A DNA stretch of 64,000 bases from Monocercomonoides exilis PA203. Its lineage: Eukaryota; Protista; Preaxostyla. The notes below the pieces were generated by a model that saw only the letters and a program-made list of their open reading frames with translations, did not search any database and was not told where the DNA came from. This document shows, in pieces, positions 38,101-48,284 of this stretch; the stretch's first letter is position 1, and every line of letters begins with the position of its first letter. The DNA lies in NCBI GenBank assembly GCA_001643675.2, contig LSRY02000020.1, positions 1,364,001 to 1,428,000 of the forward strand. The letters run 5' to 3'. Both the position numbers and the translations under genes were made by a program.

Positions 38101-41100
38101 AAGGAAGAAGGTAAAGAGACAAAAGGAGAAGAGGATGGGGAAAGCATAGATAGTGCTGATGATGATGAAAGGGGTGGTTATATCAAAGATATGAATGAAG
38201 GATTCAAATTCAGTTTGGAAGAGAAAGAAAGAGGAGAAAGTGCAGATAAAACAAAAGATGCTTTAAATGCTATGAAAAAGAAAGGCAAAGGAAAAAATAG
38301 CTCATCCAAAGACCAAACAGTTGATATGGCAGCAGAAGAAGAAACAAAGGAAATACTCAAAGAGTGGAGAAAAGCTCTGTTTGATAGTGAAGATAGCACA
38401 AAAAGCTCAGATCGCAAATACTCAACTTATTTATCAATTCAATCATCATCGTCCTCCTCTTCCTCTTCCTCTTCCTCTTCCTCTTTCTTTTCCTTCTCAT
38501 CCCCTTACCCATCCCCCTTCCCTTCTCTCCTGAGCCTCATCTGCGACCAGCAGTCCTGCCACGTGGTGAAGAAAGTGCTCTTCTACTTCCCTGTCCGCCA
38601 GACAACCTGCATCACCCGCGCTGTGCTGCACAACCTGCCCGCCATTGTTGCCTCGCGCCACGGCTGCACCGTCCTCCAGCGCTGCCTCGAGTTTGCTGTG
38701 CCTTCGCATCAGAACAGGCTGTTCAACTACATCGCCACCAGCTGTGTGGACATGGCACGTTCACCTTTTGGGAACTATGTGCTGCAGGCGGTGCTGTCGC
38801 AGGAGTGGTGTCTGAACGGCCAGTCGTTCCATCTGCTGAGGAGGCAGATTGTGGAGACGCTCGCATCCCATCTGAAGCACCTGGCGACGGACAAGTGTGG
38901 GTCGAATGTGATTGAGAAGTTCATCAGCATCAAGCCGCTCTCGAAGCAGTGGGCAGATGCGAGGAATGTGCTGCTGGAGACGCTTGTGGAGTCGCCTGAC
39001 CTGCTCTTTATCACACGCGACCGGTTTGGCAACTATGTTGTGCAGGCTGCGTTGAACACCAGCACACCTGTACAGAGGATGCGGCTGATAGAAAGGATAC
39101 GGCCGAGCCTGCCAGCGCTGAAGAGCACGACATTCTATTACAAGCTGGCGTCGTTGATGTTAGATCCACATGCGAACGGGGCAGGAGGGAGTAGCGGGAT
39201 GGGGGAGTATCTGAATGCGACGGTGAATACGAATATGAATATGAGTGTGAATGCTAATGCTGGTTCTGGTGCTGGTGCTACTTCTAATGCTATTTCAAAT
39301 TCTAATATGAATATGAATACGAATACAAGTGTAACTTCTGGTATCAATGCCAATGTGAATGTAAATGCTCCTATTAATCCAAGTTTAACTTCTGGTATGA
39401 ACTCTGCAATGACATCTGGTATGAATCCTGGCTTAACTCTGAGTGTGAATGTGAATACAAACACAAACACAAATATGAATGCTAATTCCAATATCAATTC
39501 CAATGGAAGTGTCAGTGGAGATTCAGTGAGTGGAATCAACACACCCACATCTGTCTCTTCATTCTCTTCATATGCCTCCTCTTCCACTTATTCCTCTTCT
39601 CGCAGCCACATTTCGCATCCTCAGAGAAGTTACAATAGAAATGCTGGTTCTTTGCCATATCACCAGTCAACTGCTTTGTTCCCTCCACCTCCACCTTCTT
39701 CTTCTTCTTTTTCTTCTTCTTCCTCTACCTTTTCATCTTCCTCTTCTTCTAATCCTTCTTCAAATTCTACATCTTCATCTGCTTCTTATTTTCCAGCTCA
39801 TAACTCAGTTTCTTCCACTCGAAGCTATCGTCATTCAAACCGTCGCAACACAACTTCATCTTCTCCTTCTTCTTCCCCATCACCTTCACCTTCACCTAAT
39901 TCATTTTCTACATATTCTACTATTCCGTCTTCCTCTTCTTCATCTTCTTCCTCTTCATCTTCCTCTTCTTCCTCATCATCTTCTTCTTCTAGTTATTCTC
40001 ATCCAACTTATTACTCTCAAAAATATTCTGTTGCTCATCTCAACAATCCTCCAAGATCACAACACACATTATCCCCTTCTCCTTCTTCATTTTCTACTTA
40101 TTCTACTTTTCCTTCTTCTTCTTCCTCCTCCTCTTCTTCTTCTTCAACTCCTTCTTCAACTACTACTCCTTCCTCCTCTTCCTCTTCTCCTTCTCCTTCT
40201 CCTTCTTCTACACCTTCTTCTTCTTCTTCTTCCTCTTCTTCCTCTTCTTATTTCCACACATTCCGCCAGCCCCCTCCATTGCTCGAGGCATCCACTGAAC
40301 CCAACAGCTATCGCTTCCATCCTCCTCCCAGTGCTAACCCCCCAATAAACACTCCGCTCGCACAACTCTCTTTTCCACCTCCTCTTCATCCTTCTCAAAA
40401 TCAACCACAACCTCAGCCTCAGCCTTTATCTCAATCTCTATCTCAACCTCAATCTATGCTTCAATCTCAAACACAGTCTCAATCTCAGTCTCAGTCTCAA
40501 TCTCAATCTCAGCTGCGCCCTCTTCATACCACTCTGTATCGACAAACAGCATTTCAGCCAGATCTGACACAACAACCTCAACAAATACAACAAATACCAC
40601 AAATGCAGTCAATTCAATCTCAACCTCAGCTTCAATCTCAACAACAGTCATATTTATACCCTTCCTCTCAAGAACAGCTCACTCAGCATCCACAATACCC
40701 ACAAGCACATCCCTTTTCCTTCAATCAGCACATTCCTCCTTCGCAACAGCCGTCTCAGCAGCTTCAGTACACAAAGCAGAATGAGAGGGCACAGCCTATT
40801 CAGAGCCAGCCATTGAGGTATTACAACCAGAATACAAGTTTTGCTTACCCTCCGCCTTCATCGCAAGCATACAGCTCAATCTATCCTAACTCATCTGCTG
40901 TGTCAGCTGCATCTGTTATTCGAACTCCTTCAACTTCATCGTCTTTCTCTTCTTATTCCTCTTCTTCCCCTTCCCCTTCCTCTTCATCATTTCCTTCTTC
41001 TGCTGCTACTACTACTACTTCTTCATTCTCTCAATCGCCTCCTCCTCTTCCTCCTCCTTTCTCATCCCCACCTCAGATCTATCCATCTTCTTCATCATTA

Positions 41101-41568
41101 TCATCCTCTTCTTTCTCCTCCTCTTCTTCTTCTTCTTTACCTCCATCATCTTTATCATTATCATCAACCTCTTCTTCTTCCTTCTCCCCTTCTTTTTCAC
41201 ATCCACCCTTAGCCACATTACCATCATCATCATCATCTTCTTCTTCTTCATTTTCTTCTTCTTCTTCTTCTTCTTCTTCTTCTTCTTCTTCTTCTTCTTC
41301 TTCTTCTTCTTCTTCTTCTTCTTCTTCTTCTTCTTCTTCGGGTTTTCCTCTTTCCTCTTTGCCTCCTCCTCCGAAACGCTTATCTCAGCAGTTTTCTGGT
41401 TCGCCCTATTCACCTCAATCGTTTTATCCCTCACAAACTTTTCAGTCACCACCTTATTATTCTTCTATTTCTTCAACTGCTCCTCCGCCTTCTTCTTCAA
41501 TTTCTTCCCCTTCTCCTTCTCCACCATCACCAACTGCCTTCTCATACCACCCCTCATCCCTTTTATAA
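35191..41568 (+). CDS. Pumilio/PUF-family RNA-binding protein, ~2125 aa, with very large Ser/Pro/Gln-rich disordered N- and C-termini
   Basis: Single long ORF; the first in-frame ATG is at 35191 (the track start 35149 is TTG). Seven PUF repeats are visible at ~37800-39160: SNYLFQKV, GTRCVQRL, SCHVVKKV, GCTVLQRC, FGNYVLQAV, GSNVIEKF, FGNYVVQAA. Confidence 0.9.
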   Translation: MTEIAQSDVKFNSPTISASASITSVQSPSIMQFSQNQTTQALFQSLPGTPSVGSVTTQQPSFFSPNAPSNLVALVYPSPSIDPNTSPSSSSLFVPSSQAPQFQSAAGIYTSPSGIQSLSLPFSIQQITQAASTNQATTILNQYATSPSLTFSPLFQQNMDASSDNKSPSAFSYPIISSTNSINQGDGLNNQSLISPQMQNIQQSSLQLPVDLTSTTNLSSPMTSSLIAALPQPQQIADSKIEDYAACLNKLFPQQLSTAQGTVTANSMSPATLAFTSSQPSMGTSQLLPLSSAAYPGFSSPSGLSFCPGVPSLQIPYPMTFPLPLPQSPFAGDTDISSPSSSSSTNKQSSLDSANTSREQGQHQQQDQLPESASNLQDSQTSSSSSSSSSSFSSSPSISAVSSSSPSPSPLSRSSTDQIQTEKAEGAVYADTSTSQSSSSSSSSSDPSSSGTSSSSGTSSSSSSDDDATTKSSASSSSSNSSNDHPTSTQKSSLSASTTPFVPGRFSEDATSASFSNNSVESKRLNALFCAFPNLSSSDSDPSTASSAVASLSFSSSPPTSSSSSSSSSTSKANTKSNAPSDNIPASAFPLPLPDGFNQSQSNFTAKFTQTSSLNEDSSASSSSSSSSSSSSTSAGTTLPASSTTSSSAPSVPSVPSASSSMPREKLLSLLMSDDEAVVRRAHLIFATSEQGKIMHPSEFAMNSASNPSSSSSSSNSSSNPSSSSSSSSSSSSSSFPSDMPFPATNEEPSMYSKSSNATSQENSSLPQNITQYAMQKQAISTDANSDRKFMFQEKEEAFSTANDKDNEFHYSRVNEHECMMIEEKRENGHMSTRVASSSSSSRGDKKPEPLRPNFHIEPTKELIDYFLCETKGHYVELMKRYTSNYLFQKVIEKGDVNQHVAILKEVGLFLSQLACDFLGTRCVQRLVEAVKDKECLVELFMFGLSRGKSEEKEEGEEGGGEEGDSCADNKEEGKETKGEEDGESIDSADDDERGGYIKDMNEGFKFSLEEKERGESADKTKDALNAMKKKGKGKNSSSKDQTVDMAAEEETKEILKEWRKALFDSEDSTKSSDRKYSTYLSIQSSSSSSSSSSSSSSFFSFSSPYPSPFPSLLSLICDQQSCHVVKKVLFYFPVRQTTCITRAVLHNLPAIVASRHGCTVLQRCLEFAVPSHQNRLFNYIATSCVDMARSPFGNYVLQAVLSQEWCLNGQSFHLLRRQIVETLASHLKHLATDKCGSNVIEKFISIKPLSKQWADARNVLLETLVESPDLLFITRDRFGNYVVQAALNTSTPVQRMRLIERIRPSLPALKSTTFYYKLASLMLDPHANGAGGSSGMGEYLNATVNTNMNMSVNANAGSGAGATSNAISNSNMNMNTNTSVTSGINANVNVNAPINPSLTSGMNSAMTSGMNPGLTLSVNVNTNTNTNMNANSNINSNGSVSGDSVSGINTPTSVSSFSSYASSSTYSSSRSHISHPQRSYNRNAGSLPYHQSTALFPPPPPSSSSFSSSSSTFSSSSSSNPSSNSTSSSASYFPAHNSVSSTRSYRHSNRRNTTSSSPSSSPSPSPSPNSFSTYSTIPSSSSSSSSSSSSSSSSSSSSSSYSHPTYYSQKYSVAHLNNPPRSQHTLSPSPSSFSTYSTFPSSSSSSSSSSSTPSSTTTPSSSSSSPSPSPSSTPSSSSSSSSSSSYFHTFRQPPPLLEASTEPNSYRFHPPPSANPPINTPLAQLSFPPPLHPSQNQPQPQPQPLSQSLSQPQSMLQSQTQSQSQSQSQSQSQLRPLHTTLYRQTAFQPDLTQQPQQIQQIPQMQSIQSQPQLQSQQQSYLYPSSQEQLTQHPQYPQAHPFSFNQHIPPSQQPSQQLQYTKQNERAQPIQSQPLRYYNQNTSFAYPPPSSQAYSSIYPNSSAVSAASVIRTPSTSSSFSSYSSSSPSPSSSSFPSSAATTTTSSFSQSPPPLPPPFSSPPQIYPSSSSLSSSSFSSSSSSSLPPSSLSLSSTSSSSFSPSFSHPPLATLPSSSSSSSSSFSSSSSSSSSSSSSSSSSSSSSSSSSSSSSGFPLSSLPPPPKRLSQQFSGSPYSPQSFYPSQTFQSPPYYSSISSTAPPPSSSISSPSPSPPSPTAFSYHPSSLL
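41254..41337 (+). repeat. (TCT)28 microsatellite encoding poly-Ser in the PUF C-terminus
   Basis: Uninterrupted TCT run in the PUF reading frame. Confidence 0.9.
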
Positions 41569-41620
41569 TCTTTGCCCCAACATCCTTGTTTTCTTCGCAT
41601 TTAGTTTTGTTTTTGTTTTA

Positions 41621-41680
41621 TTTTTTATGATTTTTTATGATTTTTTATGATTTCTTATGATTTCTTATGATTTCTTATGA
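41621..41680 (+). repeat. 10-bp tandem repeat (TTTTTTATGA)3(TTTCTTATGA)3 downstream of the PUF stop
   Basis: Read directly from the sequence. Confidence 0.85.
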
Positions 41681-42617
41681 TTTTTATTCGTTTTAAATTT
41701 GTTTGATTTTTATTTATTTATTTATAAAAATATTTTTATCCTTTTAAAGTTTAATATGATTCCACTCTTTATTTTTAATGTTTTTTTATTCATATTTTTA
41801 TTTTTTTCCTTTCTTACAGAAACAGTTTTGCTCATTTTCTATAAGACAAACTTATGTTGGATATTTTCTTTACAATATTTTTATAAATTGTTACTTGCAA
41901 ATCTAATTAGTTTTTCATATACTTTCACTTTCACTCACTCTATAGTCTTATCACTATCTCACTCATCACTCACTCATCACTCACTCTTATATTTTATGAA
42001 TTCAATCAATTTTCATAATTTTTCAACCTTTTTCAATTCATTTTCAGAATTTTATTTTTTTCTTTTTCTTTTGTTTCTTTTTCACTTTTTTTCAAAGCAA
42101 AGCGAGCTAAATATTTTGACATTTCATTTCCATCTTGAAAGGAAGCCCTTTTTGAGATTTGTATATCAAATTATTGTAAGCAAATGTATTTAATAATATC
42201 CTTTGTATGTTTATCAAGCTTTTTGAATTTTTGACTTTTCCAATTCATTTTAACAAAACAAATTATCAATTGTCATCATAATACAAAATTTTATTATTTC
42301 AAACAAGGGGAAAAAAGAGCATTTGAATAAAATAGCAAGTTTAAATGAAGGAAATCAAAGAAAAAAATTCTGAAAAAAGCGAAAATGAAAGGAAGAAGAA
42401 AATCGTTTTCAGAAGGAAAGAGAGGAGAAGAAGATAAATGAAGAGAAAAAGAAAAGGAAAATAATAAGAAGAGAAAGAGAAAGAGAAAGAAAAAGAAAAA
42501 ATTTGGAATCAAAGGAAAAGGAAAGAAGAGAAAAGAAGGGTTAAAGTGAAAAGAAAATTTAATGATGAAACAGAAAGAAAAGAAAAAAAAGAAAAAAGGG
42601 AAAAGAGAAAAGAAAAA

Positions 42618-42714
42618 TACAACTGGGTTTTTCCGTCACCCTTCTTTACTAACCCAGCGTTCCGCTTTTCGAGGTCTGAAGGGATCCGTGCGTATGACCA
42701 ACTATGGCCGTGCT
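42618..42714 (-). pseudogene. Degenerate 5S rRNA copy (pseudogene or low-quality consensus)
   Basis: Collinear with the 5S reverse complement (ACTGGGTTTTTCC, ACTAACCCAGCGTT, GAGGTCTGAAGGGATCC, GTGCGTATGACCAACTATGGCCGT) but ~20 nt shorter through many small deletions that hit helix I, box A and box C. The TATA element is also lost. Confidence 0.85.
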
Positions 42715-43828
42715 TATGACACAATCAAGTCAACCATCCATTTTATTTTTCCCCCAATATCTTCTTTTCTTTTCTCGATCTTCAGCTCTCCACTCTCTTT
42801 GCAATTTCTTTTCTTATTATCAAAATATCTTTCCCAATGCATTATCTCTTCTTTTCTTCCTCTTTCTCTTCAGGGCTTTCTTCTTCTTGTTTCACAATTC
42901 ACATTCACCTCCACTCCTTTTAATTACCACTTCACTCCAATTTCTTTCCTCATTTTCTTTTCCCATTCTCATCCTCCAATTTTTTTCAAAGTTCAGCCAT
43001 TCATTCACTCACTCAATCACTCACTCAAGCACTCCTCACTCTACTCACTCAACATTTATGAATTCTCTTAAGACTACTCACTCACTACTTCCTCACTACT
43101 TCATTTGCTATAATGCTCATTTAACTACACCACACCTCTTTCTTCTTATCTTCACTTCAATCTACATCTGCTGTTATTTCTTCCTCCACTGAAGCATCAC
43201 TCTGGTCACAGACTCACCACTCATCAAACTACCACTCAATTATTCATCTTTATGAATTCAATCAAAAATTCACAATTCTTTCAAATTCAATTTCAAATTC
43301 ATTCAATCTACGAACTGTTTTCTATTTCTTTTTTTTTTTTTTTTTTCACTTTCTCTTTCATTTAATTTTGAAATATTCAATCAATGTTTTCTCAAATATT
43401 CCAAATGAATTTTCGTTGGAAAATTTCTTATTTTTCATTTTCTCATTCAAGTAATCAGATTCATCTATCAGAAGGAGAATCAGATCGTCTCAAAGCGGCA
43501 CAGAAGGAGAAGAATCTTAACAGAAGGTTTTTAAGCATCTTTAACATTTCTCACAAAGAAGCAGATTTGAGATGGGAAATAGAAGAGACAAAGAATGAGG
43601 AGAGAATAAAAGCAGAAGTTTATAATGAAGGCAAAGACAGAAAGAAAAGAGAAAGCGGAGAGAAAGCGAAAATGAAAGGAAGAAGAAAAGAGAGAGGAGA
43701 GAGAGAAAGAGGAGAAGAAGATAAATGAATGAGAAAAAAGAAAAGGAATAAGAAAGAGGAAGAAAGAGAAAGAAAAAAGAAAGAAATTTGGAATAAAAGG
43801 AAAAGGAGGGAAGAAGGAAAAAGAAAAG

Positions 43829-44398
43829 GCTGATAAAGCGGACGATAAAAAGCGGGACAAACAAAGTGAAGTAGAAGGAAGCAGCCACAGCCATCATTCT
43901 GAACATAAACAAAAGGAACAAGATGAGAAAGAAAAAAGTGCTGCAATTGAAGAAAAGCAGGCTACAGAAAAAAAAGAAGTGAACACAAAGGAAGAGGACA
44001 AAGCCCCACGCTCTTCAATCGCTAAAGCTGATAAGGAAAAGGATTCAAAGAATCTGAAACATCATAGTTATCATCATCGTCATCATCGCCACAGCAGAGG
44101 AAGAAAAGACAAAAGAGATGATGAATCAGAATCTTCTTCGTCTTCTTCTTCGCCTTCATCATCATCTTCTTCTTCTAGTCGCAGCTCTTCCTCTTCGCCT
44201 TCATCTTCTTCTGTTTCTGATAATGAACGTATTCAGGATAACAAGGAAAAAGCAAGCAAGCAGAAAGACGATCTTGCAAAGTCCAAAAGAGAAAGAGAAG
44301 AAGAAAAGAAGCACAGAAGACATCACCACAGCTCTGAAAGTGATGTTTCTGATGAAGATGACAGAAATTCTAGAAAAGAGAAGAATAAATCTCGTTGA
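43829..44398 (+). other. Orphan protein-coding-like fragment (Lys/Glu/His/Arg/Ser-rich, C-terminal-like, no ATG) occupying the slot of a 5S gene
   Basis: The frame is open from 43733 to TGA 44398 and reads ADKADDKKRDKQSEVEGSSHSHHSEH...HHRHHRHSRGRKDKRDDESESSSS...KHRRHHHSSESDVSDEDDRNSRKEKNKSR. There is no in-frame ATG, and 5S spacer sequence flanks it on both sides. Confidence 0.55.
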
Positions 44399-45440
44399 AG
44401 TTCCGTTGGTTAGAAAACACATTGCTTCTCAAATCTTTTACTTTCAAATGTTCATTCATTATTAACTCAACTATTGCTTCTTTCACTAATCTCATCACTT
44501 ACTCACTCACTCACTCACTCATGTTTAACAACAAAAACAATTCACTACTAAATCATTACCTCATAAACTGACTCCTCACAAACTATTAACATCACTCACT
44601 CACTCACTCACTTTGCTTTTTACTCACTGAAAACTCAAATTTTAAGGAGTACACCACTCATTCAAGATCAAAAACTTTACTTCGAAATCACTCACTTAAT
44701 TATTCATTTTATGAATTCAATCAATATTTCAGAAATTTTTTGACACAATTCAATTTCACATTCATTTATTGGAAATGTTTTTCTTTCGTTTTGAACGACT
44801 GTTTTCTATGATAAAGACTGATATCAATCAATTCTTTTCTCATTTTGAATATTGAAAATGTTTTATTTTTTCAGTTTCCAATGCAATATATGAATTCAAA
44901 ACATTTAGTATTCAATGAGATGAATTCTTATTTTGTCTTTTTGTTCATTCAATTAATCATTTATTCATCTATCCATTTGCACTTTCTTTTCTCTCTCATT
45001 TTCTTTTTCTTTCTTTCTTTTTCCAATTCTTAACATTTTGTTTTTACTCATCTTTAACATTTCTCTTTAAGAATTTTATTTGAGATGGGAATAGAAGGAA
45101 TAGAAAACATGAGGATTGAATAAAATATAAGTTTATAATGAAGGCAAAATGAAAGAAAAGCGAAAGCGGAATTAAAGAAAAATGAAAGGAAGAAGAAAAA
45201 TTAGAGGAGAGGAGAGGAGAAGAGAGGAGAAGAAGATAAATGAATGAGAAAATGAAAAGGAAAAGGAATAAGAAAGAGAAAGAGAAAGAGAAAGAAAGAA
45301 AAAAAAGAAATTTGGAATAAAAGGAAAAGGAGGGAAAGAAGGAAAAGAAAAGGTTAAAGATGAAAAAGAAAAGAAAATGAATAGAAACAGAAAAAGAAAA
45401 AAAGAAAAAAAAAGAAAAAAAGAGGAAAAGAGAAAAAGAA

Positions 45441-45558
45441 AAGCTACAGCACTGGGTTTTTCCAGGCGGTCACCCATCCAAGTACTAACCCAGCGTTGGC
45501 CGCTTAACTTCGGAGGTCTGAAGGGATCCGGTGCGTATGACCAACTATGGCCGTAGCT
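45441..45558 (-). rRNA. 5S rRNA: 5S rRNA (right copy 1, innermost)
   Basis: Exact reverse complement of the left-array 5S. Confidence 0.97.
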
Positions 45559-46832
45559 CACACACACTCCCTCAACCATCCCTTTTATAATCTTCCCCCA
45601 ACTATCCTTCTTTTCTTTCTTTCTTTCTATCTTTCTCTTTCTCTCTCTTTCTTTCTCTCTTTTTCAATTTCTTTTCTTATTATCAAAATATCTTTCCCAA
45701 TCATTATCTCTATCTTTTCTCTTCCTCTTTCTCTTCAACTATAACTTTCTTCTTCTTTCTTTCACACATTCACATTCACACCCTCCCACTCTCTTTTAAT
45801 TACCACTTCACTCTTTCCACTTTCTTTCCCTCATTCCTTCTTTTCCTCATTCTCATCCTCTCTCACTCTTTCACTTTCAAAGTTCATTCATTCATTCACT
45901 CACTCACTCACTCACTCACTCACTCACTCACTCACTCACTCACTCACTCACTCACTCACTCACTCACTCACTCACTCACTCACTCACTCACTCACTCACT
46001 CACTCACTCACTCACTCACTCACTCACTCACTCACTCACTCACTCACTCACTCACTCACTCACTCACTCACTCACTCACTCACTCACTCACTCACTCAAT
46101 TATTCATTTTATGAATTCAATCAATATTTCACAATTCTTTCAACCATTCAATTTCACATTCATTCAATCCCTCACGAACTGTTTTCTCCTTCTCTTTCTC
46201 TTTCTCTTTCTCTTTTTCTTTCACTTTCTCTTTCACTTTAACTTTTGAAATCGCTTCACATCATTGTGTTTCTCATAATATTCCATTTGAATGTTCGTTG
46301 GATGATTTCTTATTTTTCTTTTTCATTCATTCAATTAATCATTTATTCATCTATCCATTTGCACTTTCTTTTCTCTCTCATTTTCTTTTTCTTTCTTTCT
46401 TTTTTCGAATTCTTAACATTTTGTTTTTACTCATCTTTAACATTTCTCTTTAAGAATTTTATTTGAGATGGGAAATAGAAGGGGGGAAAAAATGAGGATT
46501 GAATAAAATATAAGTTTATAATGAAGGCAAAATGGAAAGAAAAGCGAAAGCGGAAAGAAAGCGAAAAATGAAAGGAAGAAGAAAAGAGAGGAGAGGAGAG
46601 GAGAAGAGAGGAGAAGAAGATAAATGAATGAGAAAAAGAAAAGGAAAAGGAATAAGAAAGAGAAAGAGAAAGAGAAAGAGAAAGAAAAAAGAAAGAAATT
46701 TGGAATAAAAGGGAAAAGGAGGGAAAGAAGGGAAAAGAGAAAGGTTAAAGGTGAAAAAGAAAAGAAAATGAATAGAAACAGAAAAAGAAAAAAAGAAAAA
46801 AAAAGAAAAAAAGAGGAAAAAGAGAAAAAGAA

Positions 46833-46950
46833 AAGCTACAGCACTGGGTTTTTCCAGGCGGTCACCCATCCAAGTACTAACCCAGCGTTGGCCGCTTAAC
46901 TTCGGAGGTCTGAAGGGATCCGGTGCGTATGACCAACTATGGCCGTAGCT
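46833..46950 (-). rRNA. 5S rRNA: 5S rRNA (right copy 2)
   Basis: Exact reverse complement of the left-array 5S. Confidence 0.97.
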
Positions 46951-47021
46951 CACACACACTCCCTCAACCATCCCTTTTATAATCTTCCCCCAACTATCCT
47001 TCTTTTCTTTCTTTCTTTCTA

Positions 47022-47052
<31 letters not shown>

Positions 47053-48284
47053 CTCTTTTTCAATTTCTTTTCTTATTATCAAAATATCTTTCCCAATCAT
47101 TATCTCTATCTTTTCTCTTCCTCTTTCTCTTCAACTATAACTTTCTTCTTCTTTCTTTCACACATTCACATTCACACCCTCCCACTCTCTTTTAATTACC
47201 ACTTCACTCTTTCCACTTTCTTTCCCTCATTCCTTCTTTTCCTCATTCTCATCCTCTCTCACTCTTTCACTTTCAAAGTTCATTCATTCATTCACTCACT
47301 CACTCACTCACTCACTCACTCACTCACTCTCACTCACTCACTCACTCACTCACTCACTCACTCACTCACTCACTCACTCACTCTCACTCACTCACTCACT
47401 CACTCACTCACTCACTCACTCTCACTCACTCACTCACTCTCACTCACTCTCACTCTCACTCACTCACTCACTCACTCACTCACTCACTCACTCACTCACT
47501 CACTCACTCACTCACTCACTCACTCACTCACTCACTCACTCACTCAATTATTCATTTTATGAATTCAATCAATATTTCACAATTCTTTCAACCATTCAAT
47601 TTCACATTCATTCAATCCCTCACGAACTGTTTTCTCCTTCTCTTTCTCTTTCTCTTTCTCTTTTTCTTTCACTTTCTCTTTCACTTTAACTTTTGAAATC
47701 GCTTCACATCATTGTGTTTCTCATAATATTCCATTTGAATGTTCGTTGGATGATTTCTTATTTTTCTTTTTCATTCATTCAATTAATCATTTATTCATCT
47801 ATCCATTTGCACTTTCTTTTCTCTCTCATTTTCTTTTTCTTTCTTTCTTTTTTCGAATTCTTAACATTTTGTTTTTACTCATCTTTAACATTTCTCTTTA
47901 AGAATTTTATTTGAGATGGGAAATAGAAGGGGGGAAAAAATGAGGATTGAATAAAATATAAGTTTATAATGAAGGCAAAATGGAAAGAAAAGCGAAAGCG
48001 GAAAGAAAGCGAAAAATGAAAGGAAGAAGAAAAGAGAGGAGAGGAGAGGAGAAGAGAGGAGAAGAAGATAAATGAATGAGAAAAAGAAAAGGAAAAGGAA
48101 TAAGAAAGAGAAAGAGAAAGAGAAAGAGAAAGAAAAAAAGAAAGAAATTTGGAATAAAAGGGAAAAGGAGGGAAAGAAGGGAAAAGAGAAAGGTTAAAGG
48201 TGAAAAAGAAAAGAAAATGAATAGAAACAGAAAAAGAAAAAAAAGAAAAAAAAAAGAAAAAAAAGAGGAAAAAGAGAAAAAGAA

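Larger units (their letters stand above)
41920..45050 (-). repeat. Degenerate class-B 5S repeat units (about 2.5 units) at the inner edge of the right array
   Basis: Spacer landmarks recur in order but diverged: TTTTATGAATTCAATCAA near 41995, 43250 and 44710; GCGAAAATGAAAGGAAGAAG near 42380 and 43665; AAATTTGGAAT near 42500 and 43785; decayed CACT tracts. Confidence 0.85.

Noticed and set aside
37800-39165. PUF protein as a Nop9/Puf6 ribosome-biogenesis factor (tempting given the 5S context)
   Set aside because: The canonical NYQ/SNE/NYQ C-terminal repeats indicate a classical UGU-binding mRNA regulator, not the divergent 11-repeat Nop9/Puf6 classes.
35387-41452. Alternative-frame and antisense ORFs over the PUF gene (poly-L, poly-E, poly-K)
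   Set aside because: These are shadows of TCT/TCA serine codon runs in the real frame.
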